Part shown: positions 37,660-47,589 of the stretch, piece by piece
How the letters are laid out: each line of letters starts with the position of its first letter
How positions within the stretch are numbered: position 1 is the first letter of the stretch
DNA from: Bacillales bacterium
GTDB lineage: Bacteria > Bacillota_I > Bacilli_A > Izemoplasmatales > UBA1188
Direction: 5' to 3'
Length of the DNA stretch: 64,000 nucleotides
Assembly: GCA_016287865.1 (NCBI GenBank)
Contig: JAEEXP010000002.1
Coordinates: 7,859 to 71,858, forward strand
Position numbers and translations under genes: made by a program
Notes under the pieces: generated by a model
The model's input: only the letters and a program-made list of their open reading frames with translations
Database searches by the model: none
Told to the model about the DNA's origin: nothing

Positions 37660-38121
37660 ATGTGGTTTGAAACAAAAGAGTATAACTATGAGGTAATTTC
37701 TACCCTTCTATTTATAGGTTTTTCTCCGATTATAGTCATTCATGTTTTTTGCCTTATCGGTATAACATTTTATACTAAAACATTTCAGTATCCATTAAAA
37801 ATACTTTATGTTCTTTTGATATGGTTGGGCTTGTTTGTAGTAGGATGCATTTTATTATGTGCCTTTTCAAAAAAAATAAAAATTGTATCGAATAATGGTT
37901 GTATTTCATTTAATAGTGAAGTAATAAAGAAAAAAAATATCAAGAAAATAGAATATGTTAAGTTTAATATGTTATTGTTACCATTTTTATATTTTATTAA
38001 TAAAGGAAATGGATTGATAATGGAAATATCATATATTGGAGAAAATTACGAGAACAAAGTGTTTTCGTTACGTGTTTCTAATGTTGTTTTTAATAGAATA
38101 AAACAAATAATCGATTTATAA
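37660..38121 (+). CDS. Hypothetical membrane protein
   Basis: GAGG RBS; 2-3 hydrophobic segments. Confidence 0.55.
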   Translation: MWFETKEYNYEVISTLLFIGFSPIIVIHVFCLIGITFYTKTFQYPLKILYVLLIWLGLFVVGCILLCAFSKKIKIVSNNGCISFNSEVIKKKNIKKIEYVKFNMLLLPFLYFINKGNGLIMEISYIGENYENKVFSLRVSNVVFNRIKQIIDL

Positions 38122-38151
38122 AATATAAAAAGGGGAATAAGAAAGGATGGA

Positions 38152-39300
38152 TTAATTTCCATCCTTTTTATATACGATTTTACCTTCTTTAAATGTCTCT
38201 AGTACATGTAGTGAATTATCTAATAATACAAGGTCTGCGAGTAGGCCTTCTTTAATGGCTCCTCTATCAGTTAATCCTAATGACTTAGATTGATTAAAAC
38301 TACTAATTTTAGCCAAATCCATTAAATTGATATGGCACAATTCTTCCATATTTCGGAGGCCCTTATCCATAGATAGTACTGATCCAGCTAAAGGTCCTGT
38401 TTTTAGGTATAATGCATTACCTTTATTTACTACATCCATGCCTTCCATAACGAACTCTTTTTCTTTAGTATTTTTAGGAGATAAAGAGTCTGTGATAATC
38501 ATGAATCTATTTGGACCAACTATTTTATAATAAGTTTCAAGAACGTCTTTTTCAACATGCACAAAGTCACATATTAGTTCTGAATATAGTGTATCAAAAT
38601 ACATTCCAGCCACAACCATTCCAGGACGCTTATGGCTATATGGACTCATCGCATTATGAACGTGAGTTAGATTAGTGAGTCCATGCTTAATAGCTTCTTC
38701 AATATCGTTGAATGTCGCATCGCTATGTCCTGCAGATACTACTATATTATTTCTTCTTAGAAGTTTAATAGCTTCTTTAGTGTTAGTTGAAGCTTCAGGT
38801 GCGATAGTAATGTATCTTACATAACCTTCGCCAGTAGTAATAAACTCATTTAGTTCATCTAAATCAATTGGTCTAATATATTTTGGATTTTGAGCTCCAG
38901 AATATTTTTTATTAATATATGGACCTTCAAGATGAATTCCATAAAGAGATGGATTTATTTTTGCGGCCTCTTTAATATTCTTAATTGCCTCTAATATCTT
39001 TTCTTTAGTAGAAGTTAGGGTAGTAGCGAGGAATGTGGTGACGCCTTCAGCGTATAATGCATCACAAGCTATTTTAAAGTCTTCAACCTTAGCGTTCATA
39101 TAATCCACACCATTAGTACCATGAGTATGAAGATCAATAAAGCCAGGCATTAAGATTTGATTATGACAGTTAATAATTTCACTGTCACCTTCAGTAATAA
39201 CTTCTTCATAGATTTCATCGATATATTTATCAACGATTTTTACTGAACCATGTTCGATGATTCTATAATCTAATACAATTTTTACATCACTTAAAATCAT
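38152..39300 (-). CDS. nagA: N-acetylglucosamine-6-phosphate deacetylase
   Basis: PGFIDLHTHG, HLEGPY, GAQ, AGHSDA, THVHNAM, LAGS. Confidence 0.95.
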   Translation of the reverse strand: MILSDVKIVLDYRIIEHGSVKIVDKYIDEIYEEVITEGDSEIINCHNQILMPGFIDLHTHGTNGVDYMNAKVEDFKIACDALYAEGVTTFLATTLTSTKEKILEAIKNIKEAAKINPSLYGIHLEGPYINKKYSGAQNPKYIRPIDLDELNEFITTGEGYVRYITIAPEASTNTKEAIKLLRRNNIVVSAGHSDATFNDIEEAIKHGLTNLTHVHNAMSPYSHKRPGMVVAGMYFDTLYSELICDFVHVEKDVLETYYKIVGPNRFMIITDSLSPKNTKEKEFVMEGMDVVNKGNALYLKTGPLAGSVLSMDKGLRNMEELCHINLMDLAKISSFNQSKSLGLTDRGAIKEGLLADLVLLDNSLHVLETFKEGKIVYKKDGN

Positions 39301-40010
39301 AATGAATTAGCCTCCTCATCTACGTATATAGTCACATTATTGTGTTTATTTAATATACTAGCTGGTAAATCATTACTGATTATACCTTTCTTAAGTTCAC
39401 TAATTACTTTAGCTTTAGCCTTACCTGTTGCGATTAAGACAATTTCTCTTGCATTCATTATAGATTTAAGTCCCATAGTTATTGCATATCTTGGTACGTC
39501 ATCAATAGACGCAAAGAATCTTGAATTATCTTTAATAGTTGATTCCTTTAAAGCTTCTATATGAGTTAGTGAATCAAAAGAAGCGCCAGGTTCATTGAAT
39601 GCAATATGACCATCAGTACCAATACCTAATACTTGAATATCAATTCCTCCAGCTTCTTTAATCATCTTATCGTAATATAAAGGGTCTTCATCTTTAATCA
39701 GTCCATTTGGGACATATGTATTATTTAAATCAATATCTATATGACTAAATAGATTATGATTCATAAAATATCTATAGCTTTGGTCATTCAATTCATCAAG
39801 ACCGATATATTCATCGAGGTTAAATGTTTTAACATTTTTAAAACTTACTTCACCTTCCTTATATCTCTTAATTAATTCCTCATATAAAGGAAGAGGAGTA
39901 GAACCAGTCGCAAGACCTAGGACAGGTTTTTCTTTGGTTTTAATTAATGAAACAATTCTATCTGCGATATCTTTTGCGATATCGTCTTTATTTAATACAA
40001 CGTATTTCAT
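39297..40010 (-). CDS. nagB: Glucosamine-6-phosphate deaminase
   Basis: LGLATGSTP, TFNLDEY, LGIG.DGHIAFNEPG, AITMG. Confidence 0.96.
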   Translation of the reverse strand: MKYVVLNKDDIAKDIADRIVSLIKTKEKPVLGLATGSTPLPLYEELIKRYKEGEVSFKNVKTFNLDEYIGLDELNDQSYRYFMNHNLFSHIDIDLNNTYVPNGLIKDEDPLYYDKMIKEAGGIDIQVLGIGTDGHIAFNEPGASFDSLTHIEALKESTIKDNSRFFASIDDVPRYAITMGLKSIMNAREIVLIATGKAKAKVISELKKGIISNDLPASILNKHNNVTIYVDEEANSL

Positions 40011-42532
40011 TATCTATTACCTCCTATGAATGTGATAACTATAGTATTTTTATCTTTTAAATTATAATCATCAATAAATACTTTTCCATTATCAAGAGCT
40101 AAAGGTAAGCCGTTGAATGTAACTGATTCATTTTTACCTTCTTTAAGTGTTAGGTTAATTAATTTCCCTTTTACAATTACACTTAAAGATGCACTCTTAA
40201 ATGGTATATGAGATAAAGGTCTAATAGTAATGCCTGATAGATTTGGAGTAAATCCAAATACATCAAATACCATCATTTTAATTAATACATTAGCTGAACC
40301 AGTAAACCAGTCATTCATTGATTCACCATCAATACCTAAATCTTGGTTGTATCCATATGAGTTAGACATAATAGAAGGAGTGGTTGAGATGTATCTATGA
40401 GTTATTGGAAGAACCTTATATAATTCATTGAATGCATAATCAGGTTCATTCATTCTAAATAAACTCCAAATACCAAATAAAGCTCCATGAACATATGTAG
40501 CTGCGTTTTCTGCGGTACCTTTTGGAAGATTTACAATTCTTCCTACGCCTTTAGTTCCTCTTTTAAAATATGGTTCAAATGTCTTAAATCCATATTTAGA
40601 TGAAAGTCTTAAATAAGCACCTAGAATATGATCTCTCATTTCAGGTTTAACATTAATCATTCCGCTTAATACAAAGAATGCATTAACGGTAAGTGAATCA
40701 CGAGATTCACCGTCAGGGTCATTAAAGCTTCCAACTTTATAACTTCTATTATCTCCCCAACCATGAAGAATTCGAAGTTGGTCTTCATTAGAATCTATAG
40801 CGTTTTTAAGTATTCCTTTTTCAATTGTTTTTCTAACTTTATTATATTTATTAATTAGCTTTTTGTCATTATTAAACTTGCCTATTATTTGAACTACTTG
40901 ATCTAAGTTTTCATATAGTTGAAGTGTAGTCATTACTGATACACCATTTCCAAACTCTTTCTTAGGGTCACTAGTAACGCCAAGACCATCTAGTGCGTCA
41001 TTCCAGTCACCATATAAAGCTTTAACACAAGAAGTAGTTTTATCAATATTATTTACTAAATAATCGGTAATTTTAATAAGATGCATATATACACTATCTT
41101 TAAGATCTGTATATTCAACTTTATTTCTTCCAACTATTTTAAAATAACCACAAGTCTCTTTAAGAATTGAATAATCACCAGTAAATGATAGATATCTATA
41201 AAGAGCATTAATTACCCAAACACCTTGATCAATAAAGGCACGAGTATCCATTTGAGGAATCTCTTTATCTCTTGGGATTGAATATTGTCTTGGAAGACGA
41301 CCTGATGGGTCTGTGAAGTTTAATATTTCAAGTATCTTACTTCTAGCCTCGTCTGGTTTAAACATTAAACAAGCTTCAATCTGTTGAGCAACATCTCTTA
41401 CTCCGAGTAAAGATACACCACTATTTTTAGCTAGTGCCGCAAATTCAACTTGACCTTCAACGCTTCTTAAAAACTTAGTTAAAAGTTTTGCGTTAATATA
41501 GTTTTTACCATCATCAAAAGTCATTTTTAGTGATGGTTCTTTGAATGTCTTTTTAAGTGATTCAAGTTGATTATCAGCATATCCAGTTAAGTCTCTATTA
41601 ATAAGTGATAATGCTTCATCTTTATTAAATCTTAAACTAATTATGTAGTCTATTGATTCATCTTTAGAGCCTGATAGAGTAAATCCATAGATATCGCCTA
41701 AAATAGCGCTATCTGTGAATTGAGTAACTTTTCTTTCCCAACCAAATTTACCAACTTCTAAAGTGGTTGCGTTATATATACCTAAAGTAGTAGAACCAGT
41801 GTATTCACTCTTAGATGTAGTATGTGATTCAGACTTAATTTTATTAATGTTTAATACTCTATTTACTACTGCGAAATTATATAAAGATAAATTTCTATCA
41901 ATATCCTCTACACTTTCAAATAATGCACCATCTTCAGTAAGAGATGCTTTTCTAAACCACTTAGTTTCAAAACATTCTTGTGGTGCATGCATAAGAATGA
42001 AGTTAAGATAAGTAGAAAAGTAAATATCTTTTTTAGCTCTGCCTGTATTAATTGCGATGACTGAGAAGATTGGTTCTTTCTTTTCGCTCATAAATACTCT
42101 TAATACAAATACTATTTTTTCAACAATAGTGAAATAATATGCGGCTTCTCTTTTAAATACTGTGAATCTTTCATATTCATCATGAGGACGTTTAGATACT
42201 TCAGTTAATGATATTACTTTAAATGTATTATCTTCATTTCTAATTCCAGCGAAGAATCCGGTATAAGGCTCTTTTCCTTCACCTGTCTCAGGAATGAAAT
42301 GGAAAGAAGATTCATTAATGGAGAAATAACCATTTGCGTTTGCCCAAATGGTTAGTCCATCTTTTGAATATGGATATCTTGTATTTCCAAATTCTCTTGA
42401 TTCTTGAAGAATGATATTATCATCAAGAATAAAACAATTTGAAGCTACTTTAGATTCTTCAATTTTGTCTTTGTTACTTCTAAATTCTTGTACGAGTTTA
42501 AGAAGATTTAATGCTTCATCTTTAAAACTCAT
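40010..42532 (-). CDS. GH94-like glycoside phosphorylase (candidate beta-1,3-N-acetylglucosaminide phosphorylase)
   Basis: GVRD..Q, YGDWNDALD catalytic loop, GTAENAATYVH, WFTGSA; no signal peptide; translationally coupled to nagB-nagA. Confidence 0.8.
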   Translation of the reverse strand: MSFKDEALNLLKLVQEFRSNKDKIEESKVASNCFILDDNIILQESREFGNTRYPYSKDGLTIWANANGYFSINESSFHFIPETGEGKEPYTGFFAGIRNEDNTFKVISLTEVSKRPHDEYERFTVFKREAAYYFTIVEKIVFVLRVFMSEKKEPIFSVIAINTGRAKKDIYFSTYLNFILMHAPQECFETKWFRKASLTEDGALFESVEDIDRNLSLYNFAVVNRVLNINKIKSESHTTSKSEYTGSTTLGIYNATTLEVGKFGWERKVTQFTDSAILGDIYGFTLSGSKDESIDYIISLRFNKDEALSLINRDLTGYADNQLESLKKTFKEPSLKMTFDDGKNYINAKLLTKFLRSVEGQVEFAALAKNSGVSLLGVRDVAQQIEACLMFKPDEARSKILEILNFTDPSGRLPRQYSIPRDKEIPQMDTRAFIDQGVWVINALYRYLSFTGDYSILKETCGYFKIVGRNKVEYTDLKDSVYMHLIKITDYLVNNIDKTTSCVKALYGDWNDALDGLGVTSDPKKEFGNGVSVMTTLQLYENLDQVVQIIGKFNNDKKLINKYNKVRKTIEKGILKNAIDSNEDQLRILHGWGDNRSYKVGSFNDPDGESRDSLTVNAFFVLSGMINVKPEMRDHILGAYLRLSSKYGFKTFEPYFKRGTKGVGRIVNLPKGTAENAATYVHGALFGIWSLFRMNEPDYAFNELYKVLPITHRYISTTPSIMSNSYGYNQDLGIDGESMNDWFTGSANVLIKMMVFDVFGFTPNLSGITIRPLSHIPFKSASLSVIVKGKLINLTLKEGKNESVTFNGLPLALDNGKVFIDDYNLKDKNTIVITFIGGNR

Positions 42533-42536
42533 TTTA

Positions 42537-43967
42537 TTATAAACCTGCCTGTTGTTTCTTAGAATCCCATTGTGACTTAGCTGCTTGAGCTATATCACTA
42601 AATGCTTTATCAAGTGATGTTCCTTTTAACATGTTTTCATATGGACGGAGTCCACCAGTAAACCAAATATCAATTAATCCAGATAAATACATAAACTTAG
42701 TTGTCTTATCGTCGCCATCATTTAGTTTAGGATAATTAGTAAAGGCTTTTGTATATTGACTTCTGATGTTTAGAAGATTCTTTGTAAATGAGTTAGTTGC
42801 ATCACTATCTTGATAGTTGCAGTCATAAGCAAGAAGACCATTGGCTTCCTTTAAGAATGTCTTACAACCAAAATCACTAACGATTAACTTGATTAACGCT
42901 TTAGCTTCAACTTGATGAGTTGATGTAGCTGGAATTGCAAAGTATTGATCTTCACCAATTGTATATAGAATGTTTTCTTCAACAGCATTTGGAGCTGTAG
43001 GAGTCTTCATTAATGCGAGTTCAAATTCTTCACTATTAATTTCATAACCTAAGATTTCATTATAAATCCAGTCAGAGTTAAACATCATAGCAGCTTCGCC
43101 TCTTGCGAACTTTCTTTGTGCATCGTGGTTATCAAGACCAGAACAATTCTCAAGAACGTAATCAGTATTTCCAATTAATGCTTGCCACATAGAAGTGGCT
43201 TCTTTAAGTTTTGCATATGTAGAATTTTGTGATGAATCAAAGTTAGAAGCAGAAGAGTAGTTTAAGAATTCTTTGATATTAGCTTCGCCAGCAAGTTGAG
43301 CCCACCAAGTATATACAGCATAATCGAAGTAGTCAGTGTTTTGACCAGTATATACAAATGGAGCAACAGTATAAGATTGGTTTTCTACTGGTAATGCTTC
43401 ATTAACGATTGTTTCACATAAATCTAATAATTCTTGATAAGTTGTAGGAACTCTCCAACCATTGTTTTCAAACATTTTCTTATTATAGAAGATTCCACCT
43501 GTTGCTTTAATCCAAGGAAGTCTATATGTATGAAGTTTTCCTTGTGAATCTGGGTAATAGATACTATTTCTATATTCTTGTGATACTTTATCTTTTAACT
43601 TAACTCCATCAACTAAATCTTCCATGATGTCATCAAGTTCAGCAAATTTACCTTGAGCTGCATAAGTCATCCAGTCAACGCCAACAGAAATATATAAGTC
43701 ATCATCATTCTTTTTAGAATTTATATTTTTATTAATAACTTGATCCTCATTAGCAGTAGCTTCTAAGTCCACTTTAATAGTAGGATTATCTAATTCAAAT
43801 TTTTCAATAATTTTATTCATCCATGTAATACCATAACCTCTATTTAATACATGAACTTTAATGTGTGTTTTACCATCAACATTTGTCTTTTTACAGCCAA
43901 TAAGAACAAACGCAAACAAAAGAAGTGCAATAAAACTAAAACACATCTTAAAAATATTTTTTCTCAT
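42537..43967 (-). CDS. Carbohydrate ABC transporter substrate-binding lipoprotein
   Basis: Lipobox LIGC; GIFYNKKMFENNGWRVPTTYQEL, FARGEAAMM. Confidence 0.88.
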   Translation of the reverse strand: MRKNIFKMCFSFIALLLFAFVLIGCKKTNVDGKTHIKVHVLNRGYGITWMNKIIEKFELDNPTIKVDLEATANEDQVINKNINSKKNDDDLYISVGVDWMTYAAQGKFAELDDIMEDLVDGVKLKDKVSQEYRNSIYYPDSQGKLHTYRLPWIKATGGIFYNKKMFENNGWRVPTTYQELLDLCETIVNEALPVENQSYTVAPFVYTGQNTDYFDYAVYTWWAQLAGEANIKEFLNYSSASNFDSSQNSTYAKLKEATSMWQALIGNTDYVLENCSGLDNHDAQRKFARGEAAMMFNSDWIYNEILGYEINSEEFELALMKTPTAPNAVEENILYTIGEDQYFAIPATSTHQVEAKALIKLIVSDFGCKTFLKEANGLLAYDCNYQDSDATNSFTKNLLNIRSQYTKAFTNYPKLNDGDDKTTKFMYLSGLIDIWFTGGLRPYENMLKGTSLDKAFSDIAQAAKSQWDSKKQQAGL

Positions 43968-44178
43968 AAAATTCTCCTATTTACCTATTTTTAGATATTT
44001 TTAACAAATTTAAAAAACTACTTTAATACTACTATATATCAAAGATATTGTCAATAGAAATGAATATAAAAAAAGATTAACTAATTAAAAATACCTATGT
44101 TTTTTAAGTTAATTAAATAATATGTTGAATTAAGCCATTTTATATGTTAAAATTTTAGTAGATTGAGGACTTGTTTAT

Positions 44179-45765
44179 ATGAATAAACTTTGGAAAAAAC
44201 CAATTTTATTTCTATTTTTAGGCATTTTTTTGCTACTTATAGTAGGCTGTTCAAAGAAAAGTACAATTAATGTTGACAGTAGAAATAAATACATGAATGA
44301 TTACTATAATAGATTATCTTCGCATAAAAAGAGCGATTCTCCTTTACTATATGAGGGAATTGAATTAGATTTAGATAATCTATTCTTTGACGACTTTATG
44401 GACGGAGTCAATAAAGATAATTGGTATATTGCTAATCAAGCATGGGGTACTGGAGGTAACGGTGGTGTTATCAAAGAGAATGTTGGATATACTGATGATG
44501 GAATCTTAGTCCTTAAAGGCAATGGAAAATATTATACAGAAGGAAAGGTAAAAGGAGTTGGTTCATATAAGGATGGATCACTTACTGGAGCTGCCTTAAT
44601 TTCAAAGTTCACAACAAGACCTGGTAGATATCAAATTAAGATGAAAGTATTACCTAGACTAGGTGCGTGTACTGCCTTCTGGGTTTATTCATATGATCAA
44701 TCAAATGGAAATAACCATGAAATAGATATAGAGCTTCCAGGTGGAGCTAATTCTACACATGTTATTTCATTTGAAAATGTATTAAATACTAACTACATTA
44801 CAGTTCAAATGAGAGAATCACAAGATACAAAGTTAACTGAACTTGAAGGAATGGATGAAAACTTTGTAGCTTTAAATGACGGAAACTGGCATACCTTTGG
44901 ATTTGATTGGTATACTGACCCTGAACTTGTAGTTTATTACATTGATGGTGTAGTAACCGCAGTATCAAATGTGTTTGTACCATTTGCGGATACTCGTCTT
45001 TGGCTTGGTTTATGGTTCCCTAATACATCGGGATTTGTAGGAGAAGCACTCTTTGAATCAGATGCAATGTATGTAGATTGGGTTGAGTATATTCCATTTA
45101 AGAATCAACCATGTGACACTCTTGAAACTACATTTGGAAGAGACCAAGTCGCAGCTGATGATGAATATCCTACTACTCCAATTTCAATTGAAACACCTAA
45201 CAAAGTATCTAATGCAACATTTGAATACGCAAAAACTCATAGTGATTATGAAAATTATGGTTGGGACTTCAATAAGAGAAACTTAACTAGTGATGAAACT
45301 GCGTATTTAAAGAATAAATATAAAGAAGACTATCTAAGTAATAATCCGGACGCAACTGATGAAGAGATTAATGATTATATAAATGAAAAGTTAAAAGAAC
45401 TAAGAAAAACGACATCTTTAAATAATTTCACAAGAATCCTTTCAAATTCAGGAATGAATGATTCTTATGGAATAGAAGTTAAAGATATAGGAAGAGTGAG
45501 ACAAGTAATAGATTCTATCTATGATGGATATAATATTGATTTTAGTTTCTACGCAAAAGGAAAAGGAAAAGTAACTATTCAATTCCAAAATAATATAGAT
45601 TCTAAGATTAGTGAAATTGTATTCGACATTGATGAATTAGATTATAAGAATTTTAAATATCAAGGTATAGCTCCAGAAGGAACTAAGAAAATCATGATTA
45701 TGGTCGATACAACACTTAATAATGTTGTTTACGCTGATGACTTCAGTATGTATATCAATAGGTGA
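44179..45765 (+). CDS. GH16 family glycoside hydrolase lipoprotein with C-terminal CBM-like domain
   Basis: Lipobox IVGC; FFDDF, TAFW, NHEIDIE catalytic motif, WHTFGFDW, YYIDG, VDWVEY. Confidence 0.88.
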   Translation: MNKLWKKPILFLFLGIFLLLIVGCSKKSTINVDSRNKYMNDYYNRLSSHKKSDSPLLYEGIELDLDNLFFDDFMDGVNKDNWYIANQAWGTGGNGGVIKENVGYTDDGILVLKGNGKYYTEGKVKGVGSYKDGSLTGAALISKFTTRPGRYQIKMKVLPRLGACTAFWVYSYDQSNGNNHEIDIELPGGANSTHVISFENVLNTNYITVQMRESQDTKLTELEGMDENFVALNDGNWHTFGFDWYTDPELVVYYIDGVVTAVSNVFVPFADTRLWLGLWFPNTSGFVGEALFESDAMYVDWVEYIPFKNQPCDTLETTFGRDQVAADDEYPTTPISIETPNKVSNATFEYAKTHSDYENYGWDFNKRNLTSDETAYLKNKYKEDYLSNNPDATDEEINDYINEKLKELRKTTSLNNFTRILSNSGMNDSYGIEVKDIGRVRQVIDSIYDGYNIDFSFYAKGKGKVTIQFQNNIDSKISEIVFDIDELDYKNFKYQGIAPEGTKKIMIMVDTTLNNVVYADDFSMYINR

Positions 45766-45769
45766 TTAT

Positions 45770-46714
45770 ATGATAAAAGGTAAAAGGAGAATTACTAAAT
45801 CCCAAAAGAAGGATTGGTTATTTGTATTAATAATGCTTTTATACCCAGTACTACAATTCGTTATAGTCTGGGCTTTTGTCAATATTGGATCTTTAGTTAT
45901 TGCATTCCAACAAACAGATATTAGAGGAAATACTACTTGGTCACTAGTAAACTTTAAGTATGCATTTGACTCAATATTCCATTCAACACTAAATACGACA
46001 GGAATCAGTGGACTAACTGATGGAATAGTAATGATTATTAACTCATTAGGTTATGCGGTTATTACTATCTTTGTATCAATTCCTTTGTCTATGATATTTG
46101 CGTACTTTTTAAGTAAAGAAATGCCATTCGCAGGAGTATTTAGAGTAATATTCTTCCTCCCTAACGTTATTCCAGTAGTGGCACTTACTATGGCATATAA
46201 TATGCCACTAAAACCTAATGGATATATTTATGAGTTCCTAAATTTATTTGGGAAAGCATTTGATATATATAATAGATGGCCGACATCACAACTAATGGTT
46301 TATGTATATTGTGTGTGGGCAGGCCTTGGATATAATATTATTCTTTTAAGTGCGGCAATCGGAAGAATTCCAAAAGAAATCTTTGAATCTGCGAAGATTG
46401 ATGGAGTAACACATATCAAAGAATTCTTTATGATTGTAGTACCACTATCTTGGCCTACAATAGTAACTTTAATTGTTGTAGGACTAACTAATGTGCTTAC
46501 ACTATACTTACAACCTTACCTATTAACTAATGGTACGGGAAGAGGAAGCACATGGACAATTGCGATGGAGATATTCAGTAATACATCTCAATTTAACCCA
46601 ATCAACTATAACTCAATGGCGGCGAAAGGCCTCATGTTATCACTTGTATGGGCACCAATTGTTCTTGGAGTAAGAAGACTCCTATCAAATGTCAACAAGG
46701 ATGTTGATTTCTAG
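45770..46714 (+). CDS. Carbohydrate ABC transporter permease
   Basis: FRVIFFLP and EIFESAKIDG (EAA loop). Confidence 0.9.
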   Translation: MIKGKRRITKSQKKDWLFVLIMLLYPVLQFVIVWAFVNIGSLVIAFQQTDIRGNTTWSLVNFKYAFDSIFHSTLNTTGISGLTDGIVMIINSLGYAVITIFVSIPLSMIFAYFLSKEMPFAGVFRVIFFLPNVIPVVALTMAYNMPLKPNGYIYEFLNLFGKAFDIYNRWPTSQLMVYVYCVWAGLGYNIILLSAAIGRIPKEIFESAKIDGVTHIKEFFMIVVPLSWPTIVTLIVVGLTNVLTLYLQPYLLTNGTGRGSTWTIAMEIFSNTSQFNPINYNSMAAKGLMLSLVWAPIVLGVRRLLSNVNKDVDF

Positions 46715-46725
46715 GAGGTTATATT

Positions 46726-47589
46726 ATGGATAAGAAAAGAAGAATTCATCATAAAAGAAGAAAAATGTCTGCTCCAATGATAATAGTATTTATACTATTC
46801 ATCATCTATTCAATCAGTATTCTTGCCCCATTTATTTGGATGTTTATTAACTCGTTTAAGAGTGTTCAAGAATATAATTCAGGTAATTATTTTGGATTAC
46901 CTAAAGTAATTAAGTTTAGTAATATAGTTGAAGTACTAAAGTTTGAGATTCATTCTCAAAGTATCTTAAGTATGTTTATCACAAGTATCATTTTAACTGT
47001 CACAGGTACTGTCGTTAACGTATTCTTTAGTGCTGTCTCAGCTTATGTAATTGCGAAATATAAATTCCCTGGAAGAAAGATTATCTATTCAATCGCAATT
47101 ATTACAATGATTATTCCTATCGTAGGAACTTTACCTGCGATGGTTAGAATGATGGAAACATTTGGTCTTGATGATTCAATACTTGGAGTATTATTCTTAT
47201 ATTCTGGATGTTTCGGATTTAACTTTGTACTACTTCATAGTTCATTTAAATCTATTAGTTGGCAATACGCAGAAGCTGCGATTATGGATGGAGCTAATAG
47301 ATTCCAAATCATGTTCCTTGTAATGTTCCCTATAGCTAAAGGACCAATTGTTGCAGTATCCGTACTTGAAGCTATCGCTATTTGGAATGATTATTCTACA
47401 CCATTCCTCTTCATGAAATCTAATACAACACTCGCAGTAGGACTTGAACAGCTTCAAACTGCCGCACAAGGAAAGTATCCACTTCAATTTGCGGCTACAA
47501 TGATTGCGGTTATCCCAATCGTGATATTATTCGCTATATTCCAAAAAACTATTATAAGAAATACTGTCGCAGGAGGCTTAAAAGGATAA
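46726..47589 (+). CDS. Carbohydrate ABC transporter permease
   Basis: EAAIMDGA, WND, C-terminal GGLKG. Confidence 0.92.
   Translation: MDKKRRIHHKRRKMSAPMIIVFILFIIYSISILAPFIWMFINSFKSVQEYNSGNYFGLPKVIKFSNIVEVLKFEIHSQSILSMFITSIILTVTGTVVNVFFSAVSAYVIAKYKFPGRKIIYSIAIITMIIPIVGTLPAMVRMMETFGLDDSILGVLFLYSGCFGFNFVLLHSSFKSISWQYAEAAIMDGANRFQIMFLVMFPIAKGPIVAVSVLEAIAIWNDYSTPFLFMKSNTTLAVGLEQLQTAAQGKYPLQFAATMIAVIPIVILFAIFQKTIIRNTVAGGLKG

Noticed and set aside
43968-44178. Specific ROK operator sequence
   Set aside because: Only weak AT-rich inverted repeats that cannot be separated from background
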